From Promethearchaeia archaeon (lineage in GTDB: Archaea > Asgardarchaeota > Lokiarchaeia > Sigyniarchaeales > SOKP01), in contig JAWOFX010000174.1 of the NCBI GenBank assembly GCA_046497275.1, positions 9,466 through 41,465 on the forward strand: 32,000 nt of DNA. Direction: 5' to 3'. Positions 25,553-32,000 of this stretch are shown here, piece after piece (the first letter of the stretch is position 1; the number at the start of each line of letters is the position of its first letter). The position numbers and the translations under genes are program-made. Under the pieces are notes generated by a model. The model was not told where the DNA came from. It was given only the letters and a program-made list of their open reading frames with translations, and searched no databases.

Positions 25553-26491
25553 ATGTATAATATTGATGAGATTGAGGAAAATAAAGTTTGGGATTTAATT
25601 ATTATAGGACTTGGACCTGCTGGGTTGGGTTGTGCTATATATGCCACAAGGTTTGATATCGATGTTTTAGTTATTGGAACGTCCTATGGAGGTCTAATTA
25701 CAACCACGCATATTGTCGAAAATTATCCAGGTATAACAACTGTCTCAGGGTCTGAATTAATGGAAATGTTCCGAGATCATATTAATTCTTTAAATATTCC
25801 ATATATTACTGATGAAATAAGGGAAATTGAGAAAGAAAATGATATTTTCATTTTAAAATCGTTTTTTCAAAAGTTTAAAACAAAATCTCTTTGTTTCGCA
25901 ACGGGCTCAGAACGGAGGAAGTTAAATATTCCGGGGGAGGAGAAATATTCTGGAAATGGTGTGAGTTATTGTGCAACTTGTGATGGTCCTTTTTTCAAGG
26001 ATAAGAAAGTAGGGGTGATCGGTGGAAGTGATTCAGCGGCTAAGGAAGCATTATTTTTAGCAAATCATGCTTCAATGGTATATATTATCTATAGGAGAGA
26101 TGAAATCAGAGCAGAACCTATAAACAAAGAAAGAGTATTACAAACTGAAAATATAGAACTCATTTATAATACGAATATAGTTGAAATTAAAGGAAATGAA
26201 AAAGTAAAATCTGTTATATTCGATAGTGGAGAAGAATTTGAAATAGATGGGGTTTTCATTGAAATTGGGTCGGTTCCCAATTCAGAGTTAGCTAAACAAA
26301 TAGGTGTTGAAACAAATGAGAAACAGGAAATCATAATCAACAGAAAATCTGAAACTAATGTTGCTGGAGTTTTTGCCGCTGGGGATGTGGCCGATGCTCC
26401 CTTCAAACAAGCAGTCACAGGGGTTTCAGAGGGAGTTGTTGCTGCTTATTCTGCGTTTGATCATTTAAGAAATAAGGAAATTGAATATTAG
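25553..26491 (+). CDS. trxB: Thioredoxin reductase (low-Mr, FAD-dependent)
   Basis: GLGPAG, ENYPG, GVSYCATCDG, GGSDSA, YRRDEIRA, GVFAAGDV, QAV. Confidence 0.92.
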   Translation: MYNIDEIEENKVWDLIIIGLGPAGLGCAIYATRFDIDVLVIGTSYGGLITTTHIVENYPGITTVSGSELMEMFRDHINSLNIPYITDEIREIEKENDIFILKSFFQKFKTKSLCFATGSERRKLNIPGEEKYSGNGVSYCATCDGPFFKDKKVGVIGGSDSAAKEALFLANHASMVYIIYRRDEIRAEPINKERVLQTENIELIYNTNIVEIKGNEKVKSVIFDSGEEFEIDGVFIEIGSVPNSELAKQIGVETNEKQEIIINRKSETNVAGVFAAGDVADAPFKQAVTGVSEGVVAAYSAFDHLRNKEIEY

Positions 26492-26533
26492 TTCTTTTAA
26501 TAATTTATTTTTATTCAACTTTTTTAATTTAGG

Positions 26534-27934
26534 TTAACTGTACTGAATTTCAACATTAGATAATTTTTTGAATGCAGGTGTTTTCTTTTTCCATAATTTT
26601 TCCGCTTCACTAACCCAAGAATCAAATTTATCAGGGGATTTCGGATAATTTTCATAGTGTTCCTTTATATTATTTGCTAAACTATTTGCTTTCAATAATT
26701 TCTTGATATTTTTAAGAGAAAGTTTCCTTGTTAATAGCCCTCCTAAGACCTTAAATATAAATTTGATCATCTCACCTAAACTCATATCTTCTTCATATTC
26801 TTTGTTTGGTTCTGGTAATTCATCAACATCACCTGTTTTGTATATTAACCCATGAGTCAGGAAATAGGACCATTCTTTTTTGGTAAAGTTTAATATACCA
26901 GACAACTGAGTAAGTAAGCCAGCAAATTTAGCACCTTGATCTCTAAAATACTTAACATTGATATCCCATAATCTTCCTTGGGTTAAATAACCTCCTCGGT
27001 TAAGCTCTTTATCAATCACATCACAAGCAATCATGCACAACATCCATGTTGCTGTCACCCCATGACCAGAAAATGGATAGGTAATTGCAGCGGCATCTCC
27101 TATGCATAGGAATCCGTCTGCTACTAAAGTATATGGTGGTCTCCTATATGGAGTGAACCCTCTTTCCTCTTTAATAATCTCATAAGGAGGAAGATCTATT
27201 TGATTAAGAAAATCTTCTCTTGCAAGGCGTGCATTTTCATAGGAGCCAGGTTGTCCAACTCCGAGAATTGCTTGATCCTTGCCTAAAGAAGGTCCAAACC
27301 ATAAAAGCCAAAAATTATACCCCGAATCGGTCTCTGGATGAGGTTCTTCAGGTTGAGTCCATTTTATGTATTGCAATAATACATACATCACATCATTTGG
27401 ACCTAATGAAAAAGTTTCGATTCCATAATTTTTCGGCAATGAAGTTCTAACCACAGCACTTGTTCCTGAAGCATCCAAAATTAAACTGGCATAATATTCC
27501 TTAACATCTCCATTTTTCAATACCTTAACCCCAACAATTCTATTCTCCTCAAAAATAAGTTCTTTAAATTTAGTAGTAAACTCCAAATTGACTCCATCAG
27601 ATTCGAGTATGTTATACATTTTATTTAGAAATGGTGTTAATAGTACAATAGTCTGGAAAACCCTTGTTTTTATCTCTGTCTCGAAATCAGGAGTTATGAT
27701 TGTGGAAGTATCTCGTATCTCAAGACAATCAGGATCCTCTGGATTAAAAGGGGGTAAACTTGCCTTTTTCACTCTATCAGACTCGAAATGGATCACATCT
27801 AATCGTTTCCCGACATTTTCCCTGCTATCTTTTTCAATAATTCTAACAGAATGACCTTCTTTAGCCAATATCCAACCAAGATATGTACCAGCGGTTCCGG
27901 CGCCCACAATCAACACTTCTGTTCTCTCACTCAT
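26534..27934 (-). CDS. FAD-dependent oxidoreductase, geranylgeranyl reductase-like family
   Basis: LIVGAGTAG, ILDASG, IGDAAAITYPFSGHGV; the YxWxFP motif appears only as the divergent YNFWLLWFGP. Confidence 0.72.
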   Translation of the reverse strand: MSERTEVLIVGAGTAGTYLGWILAKEGHSVRIIEKDSRENVGKRLDVIHFESDRVKKASLPPFNPEDPDCLEIRDTSTIITPDFETEIKTRVFQTIVLLTPFLNKMYNILESDGVNLEFTTKFKELIFEENRIVGVKVLKNGDVKEYYASLILDASGTSAVVRTSLPKNYGIETFSLGPNDVMYVLLQYIKWTQPEEPHPETDSGYNFWLLWFGPSLGKDQAILGVGQPGSYENARLAREDFLNQIDLPPYEIIKEERGFTPYRRPPYTLVADGFLCIGDAAAITYPFSGHGVTATWMLCMIACDVIDKELNRGGYLTQGRLWDINVKYFRDQGAKFAGLLTQLSGILNFTKKEWSYFLTHGLIYKTGDVDELPEPNKEYEEDMSLGEMIKFIFKVLGGLLTRKLSLKNIKKLLKANSLANNIKEHYENYPKSPDKFDSWVSEAEKLWKKKTPAFKKLSNVEIQYS

Positions 27935-27999
27935 GTATTTTCTCCCTTATATTTTTTTATATAATTAAATTTTAATTAAATAATCCTTAATCATTTTAG

Positions 28000-28073
28000 A
28001 AATCTTCTTTTCACCAAATTTCATAAATTATAAATAGAAGATTTACAAATTAATATTAAAATTTAGAAGATTT
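28000..28073. repeat. Short direct and inverted repeats in the divergent promoter between the GGR-like gene and the MFS gene
   Basis: TAGAAGATTT at 28035-28044 and 28064-28073; inverted AAATCTTCT at 28000-28008. Confidence 0.4.
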
Positions 28074-28153
28074 TGTGTGTGATCTTTAAAATAAAATTAC
28101 GTAAATAAAATAAAATCTCTAAATATATTAAAATAAAGATTTTGAGATGAAAT

Positions 28154-29614
28154 ATGGAGAATAAAGAAAAAGAAACGTATGAAAATTCTAAAGCAATAAT
28201 GGCAAGCTACGGATCACGAGAAATGTTCGGTCAATTTATTACGGCAGCTTTTGGATTCAATGTGTTATTCTATTATGAAGGAGTAATCGGATTAGAGTCT
28301 CTATATATCCTTATCGGATTTACTATTTATAGTGTCTGGAACGCTGTTAATGATCCCCTTATTGGATATATTATGGAAAGGATAAAAATGCCTTGGGAGA
28401 AAACAAAAGGTTATCGGAGAGTCCCGTGGATGATCATTGGAGCTGTACCGTGGTTATTTTCTTATCTGCTTATTTTTATGGTTCCCGCTCAATGGGATCC
28501 AAATGCAAACCCTGATTATAACCTTCCCGTGTTTTTTTGGTATATGACCAGTATGCTGATATATGACACATTACTAACGATATATGATGTAAATGCTATT
28601 TCGATTTATCCTGTTAAATTTAGAGGATTAAACGAGCGTAGAACAACTCAAGGATTTGGAACAATGTTAGGAATTCTAGGATTAGTCCTTGCTGTGCTTA
28701 TTCCATCCTTTTTTATCGAACAAGAAGTAAGGGCAAGCTATATCCCCGCTGCATGGGCAAGTGTTGGTTTCGGATTTCTATTTTTAGTGTTATTATTACC
28801 AGGTGTATGGGAGAATAAAAAATTGAGAGAAGAAAATATTCAAAGAATCATGGAACCAGAGAGAGCGGAAGTTGATTCTTTTATTAAGGAAACATTTAAA
28901 GCGGTAAAAGAAAAACCTTTTGTTGCGAAGGTGATCTTATTTTATGGTTATCAAGTTGCTGCTGTTATGATTCAACAATCAGCAAGGTATCTTATCGCAT
29001 ATATTTTAATACAAGAGGGTGATGCTGCCAACACTTCATTTATTCTTTTATTAGGAGGTATGTTGCTGGGTGCATTAATATCTGTACCATTATGGACGAT
29101 TATATCAAATAGAGTAAAAAATAATAAAAAAATGAGTATAATGGGAGGTTTAATAATGTTTGTTACTTTTTTACCAATGATCTTTATACAGGATCTTTGG
29201 GGATGGATGATAAGTTTAATTTTATTCGGAATTGGGTTAGGAGGTCAATGGTTTATGGATCCTCCCACTATGGGCGATGTACTTGATGATATTGCAGTGA
29301 GAAAAGGAAAAAGACAGCAATCCATATACTATGGTTTTCAAGCATTATTTATCCGGTTAGGATATGCTACTATAGTAATCACTATTACTTTAGTTCATAT
29401 TCTTACAGGATTTCCACCTGGGAATCCTACATATGCAGAATTAATTTCTCAGAGCCCCACGCCTGCTTTAGCTATTTTTGGAATTCGAATTCATTCAGCT
29501 ATCGTTCCTGCCATTATCGTAATCATAACAGTAATTATTTTCTGGAAATATTATAAGCTAACTCCAGAAAGAATAGCTGAAAATAAGAAAAAACTGAAGG
29601 AAATGAATTTATAA
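28154..29614 (+). CDS. MFS transporter, GPH (MelB-like) family
   Basis: WNAVNDPLIGYIMER...GYRRVPW and GDVLDDIAVRKGKRQQSIYYG. Confidence 0.85.
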   Translation: MENKEKETYENSKAIMASYGSREMFGQFITAAFGFNVLFYYEGVIGLESLYILIGFTIYSVWNAVNDPLIGYIMERIKMPWEKTKGYRRVPWMIIGAVPWLFSYLLIFMVPAQWDPNANPDYNLPVFFWYMTSMLIYDTLLTIYDVNAISIYPVKFRGLNERRTTQGFGTMLGILGLVLAVLIPSFFIEQEVRASYIPAAWASVGFGFLFLVLLLPGVWENKKLREENIQRIMEPERAEVDSFIKETFKAVKEKPFVAKVILFYGYQVAAVMIQQSARYLIAYILIQEGDAANTSFILLLGGMLLGALISVPLWTIISNRVKNNKKMSIMGGLIMFVTFLPMIFIQDLWGWMISLILFGIGLGGQWFMDPPTMGDVLDDIAVRKGKRQQSIYYGFQALFIRLGYATIVITITLVHILTGFPPGNPTYAELISQSPTPALAIFGIRIHSAIVPAIIVIITVIIFWKYYKLTPERIAENKKKLKEMNL

Positions 29615-29631
29615 CCGAAAATCTAGAATAA

Positions 29632-29675
29632 TTTTCTCTTTTTTTATTTAATCTTTTCATTTTTATATTTATGAT
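29632..29675 (+). terminator. Candidate oligo-T terminator
   Basis: Dense T-run tract shortly after the MFS stop codon. Confidence 0.3.
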
Positions 29676-29764
29676 TTATAATGAAAAACTATTTCATATC
29701 TTAGATGCTCCAATTCCATTAACAAATAAGATTTAACTAGGATTATTAAGTTGTGATTTAAAAT

Positions 29765-30550
29765 ATGAAGGAAAAATTAAAATGTATGAAATGTGGAGAA
29801 AAGGCTGAAACAGGCCTGCTTTCAAGCCAATGCATGGATTGTATTCTGGGATTAAATTTTCAAGCGGAAGAAATTGACCCAAAAATCCTAAATAAAAACC
29901 TCCAAGGAATACTTGACTTTTTTATTTCTGATGTAAATGCCGCACTCGAAAAAGATCCCGCAGCAAAATCTTTGGTTGAAGTCTTAACCAGTTATCCGGG
30001 AATTAAAGCCGTTTTATTATATAGAATTGCACATTTCTTTTGGGAATTGAAGATGCCGTTCATTCCTCGCTATCTCTCTGATGTTGCCAGAAACGAGACG
30101 GGGATAGAAATTCATCCGGGAGCTGTGATAGGGAGCGAATTCTTTATCGATCATGGAAGTGGAGTGGTAATTGGTGAAACTGCAGAAATTGGAGATAATG
30201 TGACGATATATGCGGAGGTTGTATTAGGAGGGACCTCAGATGAGCCAGTTAAAAGACATCCTACAATCGGAAATAATGTAGTCATTGGAACAGGAGCTAA
30301 ACTGCTCGGACCGATAAAGATTGGGAATAATGTCAAGATTGGAGCAAATTCCGTAGTCATCAATGATATTCCAGATAATTCTGTTGTAGTAGGCGTTCCT
30401 GGTAGAGTAATTTCTCGTGAGGGTGAACGGATAAAAAGAATTGATCTTGAACATGCAGATCTGCCTGATCCATTAAATCTCGCACTTAAAACATTGGATG
30501 AACGATTGGCTCAAGTTGAAGAGCAACTTTCTAAAATAAGTCAAAAATAA
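29765..30550 (+). CDS. cysE: Serine O-acetyltransferase with an N-terminal Cys4 extension
   Basis: [39 protein letters not shown]...[16 protein letters not shown]-terminal LEHADLPDP. Confidence 0.92.
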   Translation: MKEKLKCMKCGEKAETGLLSSQCMDCILGLNFQAEEIDPKILNKNLQGILDFFISDVNAALEKDPAAKSLVEVLTSYPGIKAVLLYRIAHFFWELKMPFIPRYLSDVARNETGIEIHPGAVIGSEFFIDHGSGVVIGETAEIGDNVTIYAEVVLGGTSDEPVKRHPTIGNNVVIGTGAKLLGPIKIGNNVKIGANSVVINDIPDNSVVVGVPGRVISREGERIKRIDLEHADLPDPLNLALKTLDERLAQVEEQLSKISQK

Positions 30551-30595
30551 TTCACATAAGTACTTAATAAAAAATTCTTTGGTTACATTAGAAGA

Positions 30596-31537
30596 GTGGT
30601 AATTATGAACAAATTATATTATAACAATATTATTGAAACTATTGGAAATACTCCATTGGTAAAACTTAACAAGGTAACTCGAGATATTAAACCAAATATC
30701 TTTGCGAAAGTAGAATCATTTAACCCGGGGGGAAGTGTAAAAGACAGAGTTGCTTTAGCAATGATCGAAGAGGTAGAGAAGAAAGGAATTATCAATGATG
30801 AAACGATAATAGTTGAAGCTACCTCCGGGAATACGGGTATCGGGTTAGCGATGGTATGCGCTGTGAAAGGATATAAATTGAAGATTATGATGCCAGAAAC
30901 TGTCTCTGTCGAGCGTCAGAAAATTCTTTCTGCCTATGGAGCAGAAGTAGTTTTAACCTCTTCAGAAGGTGGAATGAAAGGAGCAATTTCTAAAGCAGAA
31001 TCTTTTGCTGAGGAAAACGAAAATGTCTATATGCCATACCAATTTAAGAATCCAGCCAATCCAGAAATTCATCGCCAAACTACTGCGAAAGAAATATTCA
31101 ATGATCTTGCTGGCAGATTGGATGGTTTTGTAGCAGCCGTGGGTACTGGAGGAACTCTTACAGGAGTTGGAGAAATATTGAAAGATAGAGTTGGTCCACG
31201 ATTAAGAGTATATGCCGTCGAGCCGAAAGCCTCACCGCTTCTTTCTGGGGGAAAGCCTGGGCCTCATAAAATCGAAGGGATGGGAGCAGGATTCATTCCA
31301 GATGTTCTTAATACGAGAATTTATGATAAAGTGATATCCGTCTCCTATGAAGATGCTGTCAATATGGCAAGACAACTAGCGAAATTAGAAGGGATTTTCG
31401 CAGGGACTTCATCAGGAGCGGCTGCGTGGGCTGCAATCCATCAAGCCTCGAAATATTTTGTAAAAGGAGAAAATTTGGTAGTTCTATTAGCAGACACAGG
31501 AGAACGTTATCTTTCTACTGAATTATATGAAATTTAG
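30596..31537 (+). CDS. cysK: Cysteine synthase A (O-acetylserine sulfhydrylase); probable start is ATG at 30605
   Basis: IGNTPLV, NPGGSVKDR (PLP Lys), EATSGNTGIGLA, QFKNPAN, GTGGT, GPHKIEGMGAGF, DTGERYLST. Confidence 0.93.
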   Translation: MVIMNKLYYNNIIETIGNTPLVKLNKVTRDIKPNIFAKVESFNPGGSVKDRVALAMIEEVEKKGIINDETIIVEATSGNTGIGLAMVCAVKGYKLKIMMPETVSVERQKILSAYGAEVVLTSSEGGMKGAISKAESFAEENENVYMPYQFKNPANPEIHRQTTAKEIFNDLAGRLDGFVAAVGTGGTLTGVGEILKDRVGPRLRVYAVEPKASPLLSGGKPGPHKIEGMGAGFIPDVLNTRIYDKVISVSYEDAVNMARQLAKLEGIFAGTSSGAAAWAAIHQASKYFVKGENLVVLLADTGERYLSTELYEI

Positions 31538-31562
31538 AATATTCTCAGAATTTTTCTTCTTT

Positions 31563-32000
31563 TTATTCTTTCACTATTTTCTCTAATAATTCATCCGTCA
31601 TTTTCGCTGGAATGCCACATAAAAGTTCACATTCGTCGTAACCCGCGAATTCTCGTGCCCCAGAACATAGGAAAGAAAAATTAACATCCTGGCGCTTAGC
31701 CACGTACGCGGTTATTTCACTACACACCCCTGATCTTATTCCACAATTCAGTTTCAATGGTTTATTGAATAATTCAACGTACGCTTCAATTATTTTCATC
31801 GCCTTTTTAGGATTCAAAACTAGAATTAGACCATCAAAATCTTCCTCCTCGTAAAGATCCTTTGGAAATAAAAGAAAATATTTAAGTCCTCTAAAATCTA
31901 GCTGTATATTTAATTCTAATTTAGTTGGTGAAGGAATAGTTGATTTCCTATTCATCATTAAACACGACGAGTTTGTTTCCTTTAACCGCAATGCTTTCCC
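31563..32000 (-). CDS. DUF169-like protein, C-terminal part; the frame stays open to the window edge
   Basis: GVCSE...NFSFLCSGAREFAGYDECELLCGIP resembles the DUF169 C-terminal pattern. Codons upstream of 31991 (GGG AAA GCA) contain no stop. Confidence 0.6.
   Translation of the reverse strand, partial: GKALRLKETNSSCLMMNRKSTIPSPTKLELNIQLDFRGLKYFLLFPKDLYEEEDFDGLILVLNPKKAMKIIEAYVELFNKPLKLNCGIRSGVCSEITAYVAKRQDVNFSFLCSGAREFAGYDECELLCGIPAKMTDELLEKIVKE

Noticed and set aside
9-30454. Short antisense or alternative-frame ORFs in the track (e.g. 9-266, 682-924, 1175-1465, 13345-13775, 21003-21725, 27220-27854, 30151-30454)
   Set aside because: They are shadows of well-supported genes on the opposite strand or frame, with no recognisable motifs or initiation signals.
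1-32000. Mobile elements, CRISPR arrays, tRNA or rRNA genes, riboswitches
   Set aside because: I saw no transposase or integrase ORF, regularly spaced repeats, cloverleaf or extended GC-rich structured region. The intergenic gaps are short and AT-rich, including the one upstream of the corrinoid gene, where a cobalamin riboswitch might be sought.

Overview
AT-rich, gene-dense archaeal chromosomal window, most likely from an Asgard archaeon of the Lokiarchaeia type. This is inferred from a longin/DENN-small GTPase fusion, an archaeal BAT-type HTH regulator, several GPH-family MFS paralogues and a GGR-like flavoprotein; no phylogenetic marker is present. I saw no rRNA, tRNA, CRISPR array or transposase. 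Left part: an iorB-iorA-acyl-CoA synthetase operon (2-oxoacid fermentation), divergent from an orphan eliminase-type glycyl radical enzyme, with a tandem palindromic operator between them. Most of the rest is a thiol/sulfur/methyl neighbourhood: two glutaredoxin-like proteins, a ferredoxin:thioredoxin reductase catalytic subunit, two CCG-domain (HdrB/HdrD-like) paralogues, a corrinoid methyltransferase module (two non-pyrrolysine MttB paralogues with Arg at the Pyl position, a corrinoid protein and a Zn-thiol-type MtaA/UroD protein), a trans-sulfuration PLP enzyme, two protein disulfide oxidoreductases, TrxR, CysE with an extra N-terminal Cys4 finger, and CysK. Two standout candidates: (1) a folliculin/SMCR8-like longin domain carrying the ARG arginine-finger motif, fused to a degenerate small GTPase whose switch II is replaced by a Cys4 segment; (2) a methyl-to-thiol transfer module with no Mcr in the window, next to disulfide reductases. 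Two truncated genes and one 52-aa ORF missing or incomplete in the ORF track are added. All family calls come from motif recognition by eye, without database searches.
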